NCBI GenBank assembly: GCA_964247055.1
Contig: OZ176054.1
Span: 11,904,001 to 11,968,000, forward strand
Direction of reading: 5' to 3'
From: Paragordius varius
Taxonomy: Eukaryota; Animalia; Nematomorpha
Length of the DNA stretch: 64,000 nt
Part shown: positions 1-14,788 of the stretch, piece after piece
Layout of the letters: every line of letters begins with the position of its first letter
Position numbering within the stretch: the stretch's first letter is position 1
Made by a program: the position numbers and the translations under genes
Notes under the pieces: generated by a model
Databases searched by the model: none
The model's input: only the letters and a program-made list of their open reading frames with translations
What the model was told of the DNA's origin: nothing

Positions 1-3000
1 CTCATCAAATTCCATCTATTGTAAAAGAAATAAATTTAGCCAAATAAACTTTTTTTAGTTTAATAAACACTTATTATTATAGTGATTAAATCTTTGTTAA
101 AGAACAATTTTTAGGCATCTAAATGTTTGATAAGTATTTATATTTATCATCTTAATTTTTAGATTTTTCTATTTATATGCCGAAAAAGCGTTGGTTTAAA
201 TAAATACCCCTTTGGGAGATTTAAATTTAATATATTAAACTAAAAATCAAATTTAAAAACTTTACATGCTTATTAATATGCGAAAATGTTAGTTTTCTTA
301 GAAGTTTGTGAAAGTGCTGAGCTGAGATTGAATAAAAAAAGGTTGAGAATGGATAAAATGTTTAAAATAGTTGGATTTTTTGGTTTTTTTTTTATCAAAA
401 ATCTTTGAAATTAAAAGCCTATAAATATAAAATTTACTAAAGATGGAAAAATTATAAACATCTAAATATCAATATTTTAAAAAGAGCATTTCAAAAATTC
501 ACAAAAAACTCTAAAATAAACCTTAACGAGTTCAAAAGGGAAGCGTTCATGAAATATTCGATTAATTCTGGCTCCACCAGTCAGTTCCATAGTGTTTATT
601 TCTTGACTTCCACTGCCGGAACCTTCGATGCTTTTATCAAAATCTGAGGCTATAACTTGCACCAATCTATATTACATATAATTTATTAAAAATCATTATT
701 TATTAAAATATAAATAATTTTATTGGATTCTTTTATTCAAGTTATTGATATAATAACGATTTATAATTAAGACTCTTTCAAAAAAACTATATAAAGAGCT
801 TTTAAAGTTGTTATTATGGTTAATCCTAAATAAAATAAAATATCAATGATATAATATTGGCTTATGTCTGCATAAAATTGCATTTTAGAAAACAATTAAG
901 TTTTAAAATTAAATATAAAATGTATATATTTCACTCTTTTAAATATCATTATACATAATGCTTAGGTTACCAATATATCCAATAGCGTTTTATTTCAAAT
1001 TTAATCTGATCACAAAAAATAAAAAATTTACACGTTAGAAAAAAGTACAATTTCGACAATACCTATTCTTACACCATACCCACTATAATTCAATCCATAT
1101 ATAATATTAACCTTGAAAAACACATAAAGAAAAGAATTTTTTATAAAACCTTTTTAAAAAACCCTTTTCAAATAACATACTGGAGCATGGCTTTAGTTTT
1201 GCGGGTGGGATCATCAGGTTTATAATTTTTGAATTCGGAAACATCCTTTTCCATACTCAACATTTGTTTTTGCAATTTATCTCTCAGGGCAGGTAACGTA
1301 TCTCGAATGTGATTAGTTAGCTGTTGATTCAAAGTGCGTTGCAAATACGGTGTACCACACTTATCAGCAATATGTCTTTATGCAAAAATAATAGTACAGT
1401 AGAGTATGGCATAAAAAAAGTTTGTCCATAATTAAGCATGCAAACTAGTGTAAAAACATAGGGGGCGGGGGAGGAATTGTTTAATTTTAACCATTTGTTG
1501 TTTATTATCACATACTACTGTAAAATGGATAGCTCTGAAATGACCACCCGATTGTGAAAAAATTCAAAGCTCATCCGAATAAAGAGAAAAATTGATATTT
1601 ACATTTTTTGAATTTAATATAAATTTAGTTTTTTAAATAAATAGTTAATTCTAAGATATTAATAAAAAAAATTCAATTTTTTGATTGTTTTTAGTGTATT
1701 TCAAGCGCTTTAAAATACTACCAAACAAGAAGAATGTGTGAAACAAACGTAACCTAAAACTCTATAACCCAGTATAATACAAGTTAATTTAATTTCGATT
1801 CGCTATTAAAAATGTATACATTTTAAGAGGGGCTACCATATTTTAAATATTATCATGAAAATTTAAAATAAAATTTAAATAGATTTGATCATGCGAACAT
1901 ATGTAGAAAGTTTAAATGTAAATAAAAAATATTATATTTATTAAATTGCCGCTAAAAAAGTTTTTTTTGATGGAATGTATTTTGTAAATTATTTCTTAAC
2001 ACAAAACCTTGACGACAGAATAAGTTGAGATTAGTAAAATATTTAGATAAAAAATTGATGAGAACAACTTTTTTTTGGAAAATAAATTAAAAATAATAAA
2101 TTACCGGTATGATGGATGACTCAAGAAAAATTTGCGTTCATTAGCTATGGCTGTTTGAATATCTTTTTTTCCTTCAATATCTTTTTGACTTCGATTCACG
2201 ACACCAATGTAACCTTTTTAGCAAATGATTATTAAAATAAATTTTTTATTAGTAAACTTTATGAATTAAGAAAAGAAAACTGTTTAAAAAATTTTAGCAT
2301 GAAAAAAACCTCGCCTAAGGGGTAAAAATCGATTTTCTAGTATATCTCTGGCATCAGTACCTTCGTCCATTAAATCAAGCTTGGTAAGAACTCCGATAGT
2401 TCTTAAACCTTAATAAGATGATTAATTAATTAATTCGAATTAAATTGTTTTAAGTTAATTTGAAAACTTTAGAGATCAATTTTAGTAATAGTTAATTCAT
2501 TAATTATTAAGAGCAGATTCTATATATATCCATAATGATTAACTCAAAACTCAAGCCCAAAAAATGTAGAAAAGCCAGTATATATAATATATATTTCATA
2601 TAGTTTTCTAAAAAAATATCATGGACATTTGATGACATTTTATGAAGTAAAATTTTTATACATCATTCTTTGAGATTTTTGTAACGTAATTACTTATTAA
2701 TGAACTACATTCCGGAGTTAGTTTAGTACGGGTAAAAAATAACATAATCAATATACTGCCAATAAAATGTTGTAACAAAATAAAAAACAAAAACCTATCA
2801 AAATACTTGTAGTAGGAGGTTTAAAACATTATTAAGAATTTATTATCCGATAATGTATTTGTTTAATTTATACCACGTAAAAAAACATATTAAAAATTAT
2901 ATAAATTATATTTTAAGGCGATAAGCAACCTTAAGGATATCTATGCATTATAACCGGTCAATTTTTTTATGATATTGAAAAAACATTAGTTCTTAAGTTT

Positions 3001-3020
3001 TAACATCTTTTTATTTGTTC

Positions 3021-3063
<43 letters not shown>

Positions 3064-4458
3064 ACCTGGAGCATCTTGTTATTACCCGTTTGTTTCAAAG
3101 TGTTTTATTCATCAATATTTTGAATAATTTCAAATTCGCAGAAAAAAAACATTTTTTAAATCTTTAAAATAATTTATTTTGAATAAATTTTAAACTTCTG
3201 TAAAAAAATAAACCTTGAGGATCAACTTCCTTTGCAATCTTGAGGGCATCCGAAGTAGCCAAATCAGAATTTGCCGGACTAACAGCTAAAACTAAGCAAT
3301 TTGGATTGGAAATGTATTCGAGAATCATCCCACGAATTTGATGTTCTATATCGGGTGGTTGATCACCCACAGGGACTTTAGTCATACCAGGTAAGTCGAT
3401 TAACGTTAAGTTCAACACTGTCAATAAAAATATGTGTAAAATAAAAATTTACAAATTTTATATCTAGTTTATGTAAAAGTGAGTTAGTTCACAATTGATT
3501 TAAAACTATGACTATTAAAATATTTAGAGAAATAAAAACGGTAAATAAATGTGTAATCTATCCGATATATTTTTTAATCTGGCTTTAAAATTGTAAATGG
3601 TTAGAATCTTAATTAAACAATTAAAAGTTTTCCAAACAAATTAATTATAATAATACAAGAAAGGAGTTTAGACTCAGTTATTTTATATATGCAAATGATA
3701 GATGAATACCCAGGAGGTTTACAGTGTTTTCAGACAAAACTTAATATTAATATTATGCTTATGTCATTCAGACTCTTAAATATTTTCCATGTCATAACAT
3801 AAAAAATTATTAACCTCTGGAAATAAAATTAATATTATTTGTAAATTTAAATTGCTTCATAAAGAAAGCGTACCGTGAGGTGAATAAATTCGCAAATTTA
3901 TGGGGAGATTTGAAACACCTTTCCGTTGTCCAGTTATTCGCTCTGTGTCACGTTCAATCTCATCTCGAATTTGGTCAAAATCAACAAATTTCTGATTTTT
4001 CAAATGCAAAAACTCCCCATATTCTATAAAACATATTATATCGATTGGTAAAATTAAAAAAATATTTTAAAAAAATAAAGGATTATTCTTAAAGTTTCAT
4101 ACCCATGGTTGAATTTATGAGTTGAAGAACAAGCGGTCTGCGCGTAACAATACCCGAACCTCGCGGTAAAAAATCTCTGTTGAGTAGAAAAAAGCGATAT
4201 CAATTATTTTTTACTAAAATTTATTATTTAATCAATAAATGCAAACATTAATTACTATGATATAAAAATTATGTATAATATTGGAGTAAACCTGCCAACA
4301 AAATTTTCCAGAACGCTACTTTTGCCAGCACTTTGACCCCCTACCACAGCAATCTGTGGTAAATCTAATGTGAGTGGAAAACCGAGTTGGGCAAAGACAT
4401 CTTGCAATCGATTAACGATTGGGATCAATTGTTCCATACCAGAATTATATGCAGCCAT
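1..4458 (-). CDS. DNM: Dynamin GTPase, 5' part; gene runs off the left edge. Exons: 4292-4458, 4103-4176, 3874-4023, 3214-3417, 2310-2408, 2105-2213, 1181-1375, 522-666, 1-15
   Basis: The spliced product has the dynamin motifs [66 protein letters not shown] and [14 protein letters not shown]. All junctions are GT-AG with compatible phases. Confidence 0.97.
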
Positions 4459-7400
4459 GTTTGTTAAAGCAATTTAGTATAATCGGAATAAAATAAAATA
4501 TAGATTAGTCTTAAGAATAAGCCTGTGTCGTGTATAAAAACCACAGCTGTATTCCACAATTAACAGTGCGTATGGAATATGAATGTAGATGAATATAAAT
4601 ATAGGGTGCGCTAATTTTATATGCCTTATGTCATAAATTAGGGCATCTTTTGAATTATTATCTAAATATATAAATTATGTGGCATTATTATAAAGTAATA
4701 TTGTTTATTCGAGATATTATGTAATATATTTTTTATTAGTTTTTTGTACAGTCAAAATAGATATCTCACAAATCAGATTTCAATTTATAATATCAATTAT
4801 TTCACCTCCAGGAACTTAAGCTTTTAGCGATTTTAATAAAATAATATGTTCACAATTTATGATATTGGGTGAAATTAAAAAAACACTTTCTAAGCCTAAC
4901 ACCTTTTCCAACTAGGGTAACTGGCAACCCCGTGCCATAAATTGATTTATTCAAAAACTACCAAAGCGAGCTTAAAATAATTTAAAATTTATCGTTATTT
5001 TAGAAAAAAGTTCTATTTTTAACCTATTTTACTTCTTGAAATGAAATATTTGTCATGAACATATCTTCAAATTTAGCCAAATACCGTATGTTACGCTTAC
5101 GTTGACAGGTCAGTCTAACAAAGTTGCATACAATTGTTATTGATAAATAGAATAGTCTTAAATAGGTTATTTAATGTTAGGCCACTAATTTGTCTAATTT
5201 CGCTTGAAAGTGCAACTTTCATTTTTACAAAGCATTTGTATAGATAGGATACTGCCTAGGGATACTCCTTTTAAATGCATTAACACTTCGATTTAAATTG
5301 GGGGATTTAAATACCGACTAAATTTAAATTAATATTTTCAAAAAAATACTGAAGGAAACGGTCCCAATTTAAACTTATGCTTCTATCCTGATAAAAATTA
5401 TATAAATATGCCAAAATATCTTGATAAAATTTTGTTTTGAAAAAAAAGTTCCATCTCAAACTACTTCGACGCCATTTTATTTTACAAAATTTTTGCAAAA
5501 TATCGTCTTTATTTAATTATAAGAATAAGACTAAAGCTTTTTTATATAATTTACATCTAACATTCATAGAAATAGAAAAAGCGGTTTATTTTGTATTATT
5601 TTTAATTTTACAATTTGACATATGTCACGTTGACGAAATTTTTACCTTTCTGTTTTAGCTTAAAATAAGTAATATTAAGTATTTTTGAATAAAATTTTTT
5701 ATATATTTCGGTTTATTAATGTTATATAAGTGCAAAATTTTGCCATGGTTTCGAATACTTCCATACTTTTTGAAGTATTTGATTTTAAACAGGCCTGGGG
5801 TATCGAACTACCCCAATTTGAATCAAAGATCTAAAATGAGTGTGTTGTATCCAAGTGTTAAAATCGTTGGTAACCCTACGCTCAAGTGCCATTTTGATTC
5901 TGGTAGAGGTATTTAATTGGATGTGTGTAAGAATAGACTTTTAAGGCCTTCCAAAGTTTGTTATATCCTTATCAAGGGCCTTTTCGAAGACTTAGCAAAT
6001 ATATACTTTGTTTTAAAATTTGCCATTTTCTAATACCTTAACCCCTATGATGTTGGCAACTCAATTTGCGACTCCTTTTTTTCTAAAACATCCGTGTTTT
6101 ATTGAAGGGTTGAGTTTTGCTATTTTGGTTTTGTTGTATAGTTTTTACAATATTATTCTGAAGTGTGACATTAAGCAATAGTCGGTACTTTTTATATTAT
6201 GATTCGCTTTTTCAAATTGTAAAAAGAAAAATTTTTCAACATGGCTTTATCGTTTTCGTTCTCAAGACCCTTTCGACCCTTAATAACATATTCGGCTTTG
6301 TGCGGTCTTGATCTATTACAACTTTTTTAGCGCTTAGAGGATGTCGTATAGCTTCCATTTTAGAATATCTTTTTTGCTTGCAAGGACTTTGTTATTATTT
6401 TTTAATGAGGAAAATAAAACTACCTTCTTAGGTGCTGCCATACAACCAAAGATACGCACCAAAGAGTATTTTATGGCTGCCTAAAACTCGTTAAAATCTG
6501 TAAAGCCATTCATTTTTTTTATTAAAATTAAAATCATCTTCCCTTCCACCTACAGATGTGAATCATGGACTATAAAAGCTAAAAATTATCGATTCATTTA
6601 AACTATGGTGCTGGAACAAGATACTCATTAATAAATGGATTGATAAGATTAACAATAACCATATTTCAAATAGGATTGAAACTCACATTACTAAACAAAT
6701 TCAAGGGATAAATTATGTACTTCAATCATATAGCCTGGCACAAATTCTCAAATGTTAGCAATAATGCACAGAAAACGTGCCCAGAAGGCCTGAGTACTGA
6801 TTGATAAAAAATATCATAAATATATATGCAACGCAAAATTTTAAGAACTCTAACAAATGGGAAACCTTGATAAGAAGTATTGTTCGAATAGTGGAAAGGT
6901 AAACTAGACTTAAATCGGTGAATTAAGATAAGAGGTGCCTGATATAAATGGCTTCACAGGCCGAATTTTTTAAAAAATTTGGCTTTGGAGAATATATGGG
7001 CATTGATAAATATTTTATTAGATTTCGAAAAATTGAAAAAAATTATTTCTTAACTAATTTTTGATTCGCTTCCAAAATGTGGAAAGACTCATTCAGAAAT
7101 GTTTAAAAATCAAAAGGTTTTGATAAAAGCATAATTTGCCAATCTAGAACTTAGTGTTTTAGTAATTTTCAAATTTTCCGCGGACTGCACCCGTGATTCA
7201 AAGGGTATATAATAGTGTTTGTATTTGAAGCCATTAAATTAATTTTAAACATCACTATTTAGCTTAATTTATTTCCTTTTGTAAGGGATTTATGCATAAA
7301 ATTTCATACAATAATTACATTTTTTCGATTTAAAATATTTAAATTTAAGCAATGACTTCTATATTTTAACCACCTACAATAATTTAAAGACCCGCGTGGG

Positions 7401-7707
7401 CCTAAAATTTGAATAAATAATAAATGAACTAAATAAAGACGCCTTAAATCAAGGATAATCCGTCATTAAAATAATCAATACCAAGATTTATAGATATATA
7501 TTAAAGTTCTCATTAATAATCCCTGTATTAGCTTCCAATCACCGTGAATTAACTCTTTTAATTTATATAAGTTACATTGATATAATAAGGGTAAGTAAGC
7601 CTTTTAAATTTATTAAATATATTCTTAATTTGCCAAATATATTTATATCATAACTTAAACCAACCCCTTTTTGAAATTAATCGCATATTAGCTTATATTG
7701 AATTATA

Positions 7708-10700
7708 ATGCAAACTGTAACAAATCTATCATCGTTTCAGGATGTGCCTTCTGTGACTTTGGTATCAAATCCATATATAAAATTTGTAAATTTGGCACAA
7801 GCCGATTTTTTGATTGGAACCCTGTTCGATACAAACAATGTGTTAACGGATGAAGCAATGTTTTCCAAACCCGATGAATGTAAAACAAATATGGGAGCTT
7901 TGTTATTTCAAACCTACATGTTAATTTACGCAACTCATGAGTATTTTATGAATCGAAATCTTAATAGTTATAATAATGATAAGTGGAAAAATACTAAATC
8001 ATATAACTATGATAATCTCGATATTTTGTCTAACACCTCTGCACTTAATCATGCCAAGAAGAGTAAAAATGAAAATCATATAAAAATTGGATTGCTGATT
8101 GGGAACACGTGTGGTGATGTGACACTAGCTACGGTTTATTAAATACTACATAACAATTATTATAATAAATATTTTTTTTTAATATTTTTGAAGATTAATA
8201 AGCAGGGTTTCGAACCCGAAACGGTTCTTGAGATTTCAAAGGAACCGGTTTTGTCGGGCTGGAACCAACCCGGTTTTAGTTCCACTCGTTCAACAACCCG
8301 ATTCTGGTTCTGTTATTTTAAATTTTTAGTTCCCAATCCGTTCCGGTTTTAACCTCTCAGAAACCAGTTCGGTTTCGGTTCGATCTTTAAAATAAGTGGT
8401 TCCCATATGTTTTATTTTAAAAAATCTCTTTAATTATTATTTAATATTAATTGTAATATAACGTTTTTTTTAGTTTCCCATCAAAATTAAATGACCATCA
8501 TAATTTTAAATTTGGAGTTTAAATATTAATTTTAAAAAGAATTGATCATATAATAACATTTGCGGTACATATTACGGCTTACAACTTAGAACAAACTTTT
8601 TCGCTCTAATTTTTTCACTGAAGTAGTTATTGCTGGTACAATCAATTATTAAAATCAAATATAGATTGCCTTCATAGATGTCATCGTTAATCCAAATATA
8701 TTTATTGCCTACTTTTGTACTTATGCATTTGGCTATATAATAATTCCAATAAATTATATTTTGATTTACAATTGTGGATATTTCGTGAAAATTATAAGGC
8801 AGGAACCCAAATGGAACCAAATGTATAGAACCGGTTCTGGAACCGTTAAAGTTTTGAGGACCAAATCGGTTTCGGTCATAATTTTAGGATCCACCCCGGT
8901 TGCATTTTCAAATTCTTAGGAACTATCGCGGATATGATTCCACTTTTTTCGAACCGGTTCGAAGCCCTGATAAAAAGTCCATAAAGGCGTGCAAATATAC
9001 ACATTGCATTATCACCTATATAGGTATCCCCCATTCTATTTAAATAGGTAAAATTTAGTTCTTTACAAAAAAAATATAATGATCAAAAGAAAATGCCTTA
9101 AATCAAATATGGCTTCTCTTTTCAAAATCCCTTACTTATATTACCACTTTTAGTTTTACTAACTAAGTCAATTGATTTGTCTATCATCTTGACAAGGACA
9201 CAATTATAAACATATAATTTATAATATTAAATTACTGATACATAATTTAAATTAATTATAAAACATTTAGTGTGACAAGCGTTAAATAAAATAATTTTGC
9301 TTTATAAAATGGCTTAAAAGCTAAAAATTGAAATCGGTACTAATACTAATCCAGAACCTCTTACTGCTGATTATAAAGATGATCTAACAACCGGTCCAGT
9401 TTCGATTTCTTTTATTATAAAATCCCAGTTTAAAATAGGACAATTTTAATAACCACAACTGGGAAACACAATTCAGAAATGACAGCCACAGTAGTATTCA
9501 AATAGGCACATAAGCGAAATATATGCATAAAACCAAATGCGCAAAACAGATTGTTTAATTTATTTACTTTTATTTATATGGCTTGTTTGAAAATTTATTT
9601 TACTTAATACAAATGTTAGCTCAAATTGTTTTTACAATATATTTAAGTGTCAAATTAATATTTTTAAATATTTTATATCTGTAGAAAATGACGTTAAAAA
9701 TGGTACGACTCTCTCAAACATACAACAAACCATTGTTGGGTATAATTGGACCGATTCATAGCGATGAATTGTTTTATGTGGCTCATTTATCCTCCTTTTA
9801 CCATTTCCCTGTGATATCACCAACTGCTACACTTTTCTTTGGGGGTGATCATCCAAAAGCGTAAAATATTTTTTATTTAAGAAACACCTTTAATTTTTTA
9901 CAAACTACTTTACATAAAGAATGATTCGTCAAGCAAGAATTTATAAATTAATCTCTCAAATATATTCTTAAAATTTCTAAAAAATAATTTTTTCGACCTG
10001 CAAGCTAATTTTTTCCCAGGACAACTAAAAAATACTTTTGCTCCAATATATAGATAAATATTTAAATTATTTTCTAATTATGGTAACAGTAGGTTAACGA
10101 CAAAGTCATGACTAGTAGGCATGGCTTTAATTGGCCTAATATTTTGAAAATCTTACCCAGCAGCCGGTGTGCCCTCGGTGGTGTTTGACACTAGTTTGTA
10201 AACTCGTGTATCATAATTTTAAAAATTTAGTCAAAAGTTAAAACATTAGTGGATCCTATTTTTAAAATCTGTGTCGTCATAGGATCAACCCTAGTGTTCA
10301 TATAAGATGCATGGTAATATAAATATTAATAGCGTTAGAGTGAAATATATTTTCTTCTGTAGTACGAGCCATAGTTTTAACATAACCGAAAATCGTCAAC
10401 CAAATATTATTAACATACAACTTTTATATTATATCTATCAACAGGTACCAACAAACATTTTTACTCTCACCGTATCAAACGGCATACATAAATACCGTTA
10501 TAGCCATTATAACCAAATTTGGGTGGAATGAAATTAACGTTATATATAGTGATGATAACTTTTACAAAACCTTCATGTTTGCCCTTACGAAAAAATTGGA
10601 TAAAATGGATACTTGTATTGTAAAATCTGTGGCAGTCCCATTATTACCCATCAGTATGATAAGTAATTCAATTGTTCAAAGGATAACTAATGATTTAATT

Positions 10701-13700
10701 GCAATATTAAACAATGCCAGTGAGATTAAAGTAACTGTCATGTTACTCAAAAGATTCCAATATGTATGGATCTTGAAATTATTTAAAAATCTCCTAGGTA
10801 ATTCCAACACTGTAACAAATTTGATCTTCATCGCGCCTGATACGTGGTTAGGGGAAAGGATGTTGCGTAAAAATAATTTGACCCAATTGGCCCTTGGAAC
10901 AATTATTGTAGATCACGAAAGAACAGAACTACATGCGACTGTGAAATCAACGTTGAAATTCATAAATAAAACTATTCGAAGTGGTTTTTATCCCTCACAC
11001 TTTGCAATGTTCCTTAATTATGATTTAGTTGAAAATGTTTCTTCAGGTGGTACGTACGCCAAAACAAATTTAAATCCAAATTATATGGGAGATATTATAA
11101 CAAAATTAAGAATGATGCAAAAGCTAGGCGAAATTCCTAGAGAGCTGGATGATTTTTTCATTCCGCAATCGACTTTGATAGCAAAATCGATGGTAATTTT
11201 CTTAAACGCCACAACCAATACACTATCATACCAATGCCCTTCTTCATATGGTAAAAACTATGTTGAATGCTTGACACAAGCTATAAAAAATGGACTTTTT
11301 TTCCAAGCCTTACGACATCTAAAATCAATGGGTATAATGAGCAATGGCCCGATTTTTAATAATCGCAATATATTAGCAACAAATAATCGATTAAACATAT
11401 TTGATTTCCAATTAAATACGAACGATAACCAATCCACAACATATAAAAGTTTCAATGTTGGACAATTTAATATTGAGACTGGTTTATTTTTTAGCTCAAA
11501 CAAAAGTTCACCCTTGATTTATTACAGTGAGAGCCTTTCAGAAAATACTATTCGACAAAGAATATATACTTTTCCTGCCGAAAGGGAAAATGGTATTAAA
11601 TATTCTATACCATCATCGTCTTGTGGAATACCATGTCCTACTAACAAGTAATACTTTGTGCTTAATACATTTTCCGAATTTACTTTAAATTGTAAAATTT
11701 TATTATTTAACGGGATAGAAAGCCTAAGGCAGGATGCATATTTATAAATTTTGAACCGTGGTGAATTAAGTTAACGCTACAGGCATATTAAAGCTGGACA
11801 TTTTACTTAATAATAAAATATTACTCTAATTTCTAAAATAAAAACAATGTTAAAAAGGTCCATATTATAATCCCAACTTTTGTTCAATGATCATCCAATA
11901 TTTGATGAATATTTTAGTTGTATTAACGTTTTGCATTTTAGCTTAGTAGAGTAAGGGTGTCCAACATATGGCTTTCTGAAATGATTCTGCGACCCGCCAA
12001 AAAATTTTATGATTATGTTATTTACAAGTTTTGAATTAGTTTATCCAAATTTTGGCGATGAACTAGTAAAAATTGTTAAAATATAGTAATTATATGTTTT
12101 TGAACATATTTACAGTCTTATGTTTGGAATCTGATAAAATATTAATTAATTTCCATATATTTTTCATATGCTGCCCGTCAAACTTTTCGAGCGAAAAAAT
12201 GCGGCTGGCGAAGCCGTTTGTGTTGGGCACCCCTGGCTTAGAGTATGCCAAATTTATGGCTCAATATTTTTTGGGGAAAAAACCATCATATATATGGATT
12301 TAATACATGCATTTTAAAAAATAAATGACTTGAAGCTGGTATGTGTGGTAACCAACTAATGCCTATACATTAACTGTGTGAATGAGCCAAAGATCGTTCA
12401 CATGGTTTGCAAAAATACATCCTAGATATTTTTCGTAAATTAAATAATAAAAATTTTTACATTCTCTCAGTTAAGTAATTTATTTTTTTGACGCTTTTAT
12501 ACCAATTAAATACTTGTCTAATCAAATAAAATATCTTAAAAAATTAAAATATTTCATCCATATAATAATAGACGATTCAAGTCATACAAACGTCCAACTG
12601 GGTTAAAGTGTTGTTGGATATGCTCCTACTGCAATTCCTTCAAATACATTCTTCAGGATTGGAATGTGACTGACCCCTGTAAATCATGTCCACCCTTCGA
12701 GATTGCGACCAGAAATCAAACGAAATGTACACCAATAACTAAGATAAAAAGTCTGTACACGGATAATTTTATCTGGGCGATTATGATAAAAACGGTTTCG
12801 GGCATTGGATTTTTACTTGTCATATTATTTTGTCTTATCTATGCCATATGGTCGGACAACTTGGCGTTTAGGTATTTTTTAAAAAATAATTTTTCTGAAA
12901 AGAAAGGTTTTTCTCATTTAACTGATTTAGGAAATAAAGCACTAATTTGGAATATTATATGATATGTTATCATTTTCTTTTTTAACCCCTAATTTTATTA
13001 AAATTAAATCCGTTATATATTTTTTTTCGATATTAATGATTAACACGGTATACAGCCTGTACTTCCAGCAAGAGTTATACAAATGATTAAGTTTTTTTAA
13101 CAGTGTTGCATTAAAATCAACTTTTATTTTATTTCTTAGCTCTGAACTCAGGCATGTGTTTAACCTTTATCTAATGTCAATTTTCATGGGAATATTATCT
13201 GCTTATTGGGTGACTGTTGGAGTCTCCCTGATAGATTGCTTTGTTAGTGTGGCCTCCTATCAATTCTCAGTTAATGTGCTCCTCGCTTGCATATGCACTA
13301 AATTGAAGTGCATTAACAAACGCATTTTGGGCAAACGATTGAGTCATAAAAACTATAGATTTCGACACTTTTACATCTATCTCCAATTTTTTACCATCCT
13401 CGTCACCATAGTAAGTTATGATTATTTACTTTAATTATAAAGATTTATAATTATTCTAAACATGGCTATTAAAAATGAACGAAAATTTTTCAGGTAGGTA
13501 TCGCCATATAACAAAAATAAATGAAAAAAAAACAACTGGGTTAAACAGGTGATATTTTGGCCATAAAATTTTGAAATTAGTATCATGGAACATTTTGTGT
13601 AAGAAAATTAAAGATTCAAGATCTATATATATATGATATGCCAAAGGCGATTCTATCATATCTAATAAATCTTATAGCTTCTATTTTGAAGTTATTTTTT

Positions 13701-14284
13701 TTACTTAGCTCCTACATTAAAAAGCATGACTTGAATTAGGCTTATAGTTGATAGGTGAGGATTATTTATATTAGTTTTTATGTTAATCATTACCTTGATA
13801 AATTATTAAATTTAGATTCCCAAGGTATGCATGAAACTCTTTCGGTTTAAAATATCAAATTTTGCAATACATTTAACTGGAATAATAGATTATATCCATA
13901 TATGTTCTTGATTGTTCGTCATTTACTTAATTTAACGCTCTATTTATTCTATTTATTAGGTGTACGGCCAAAATATTGCGAATAAATTTTTAATACATTT
14001 TTTTGGAATAGTTTTTAAAAATTTAGGATTTCCCTTATATAAGGGTCGGTAACCCGTAGCCCGTTCTCTTTTTAAGCGAGCCCTTGAGGCATCAATAGTT
14101 GTTTTTGTAAATCAATGTGTCAGAAATATTACCTAGTAAAAATATATCAAAATACTATTAGTTAATTTGCGGTCTATATTTTAAAAATGATCCGCCGAAA
14201 TAGTTATTGACTTCTGCCTTTAATAAAAGCCCATGATTCAATCTATAAAATTTTAATCCGAACTTAACTTGACTCCATTAGAAA

Positions 14285-14355
<71 letters not shown>

Positions 14356-14788
14356 ATGATTTATTTAATAGCTATCAGTTACAATAGCAGCGTTTGCGCT
14401 AGACCCCTCTGGGCTTATGGAAAAAACGGAACATATAGATAACAAATTGTACGTAAACTCGTATATACTAAAGTATTGTCACATGTATCCAAGTAGCTTA
14501 GAATGTTACATTTTAATCATAATTTTACAATTTTCCTTAATCATATATTGTTTGTATCAAACATCACTGCTTTATAAACTTTCTGCTGGGATCTCCCGCG
14601 ATTTTTTTCATTATAATCTGATATGCATGTTCACTGTAATAGGTATATTTCTTTCCATTTACATATATTTTGCTGTAGAGTTTTTGGTAAATATATACAT
14701 TTTTACAACCCTTAATTTGTTGGTTATAATGTGCAACTTTATGACACTTGCATATTTTAAATTAAAATACGTGTACTTTATGCGATAA
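7708..14788 (+). CDS. Divergent class C GPCR (mGluR/CaSR-like: Venus flytrap, Cys-rich domain, 7TM), about 930 aa. Exons: 7708-8133, 9685-9860, 10445-11647, 12572-12871, 13140-13410, 14372-14788. True 5' end uncertain
   Basis: ADFLIGTLF and KIGLLIGNTC resemble the mGluR N-terminus. Also present: LLGIIGPIHS...FPVISPTAT, FGWNEINVIYSD, the Cys-rich KCCWICSYC...CKSCPP...TKC segment and seven hydrophobic segments. Exon phases join into one frame. No clear signal peptide at ATG 7708. Confidence 0.85.
8203..8969. mobile_element. Non-autonomous hAT-like element (MITE) in GPCR intron 1
   Basis: TIR CAGGGTTTCGAACC ... GGTTCGAAGCCCTG, many subterminal GAACC/GGTTC motifs, and a degenerate 8-bp flank pair TTAATAAG / ATAAAAAG. 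Confidence 0.7.
11952..12235. mobile_element. Short hAT-type MITE in a GPCR intron
   Basis: Left end TAAGGGTGTCCAACA and right end TGTTGGGCACCCCTG. Flanks GCTTAG(TA)GAG / GCTTAGAG resemble an 8-bp TSD. Confidence 0.6.
14288..14349. repeat. (TA)n microsatellite of about 31 units, the longest of many in the window
   Basis: Read directly. Other runs lie near 3024, 15313, 18116, 19066, 20657, 34781, 61445 and 61824. Confidence 0.95.

Noticed and set aside
6241-6390. Minus-strand fragment faintly like a retroelement chromodomain (KVVIDQDRTKAEYVIKG)
   Set aside because: It needs a frameshift and the similarity is too weak to support.
9321-9505. Possible extra GPCR exon(s) in intron 1
   Set aside because: Frames end in stops without a usable donor, and 8133 joins 9685 in phase with sensible homology.
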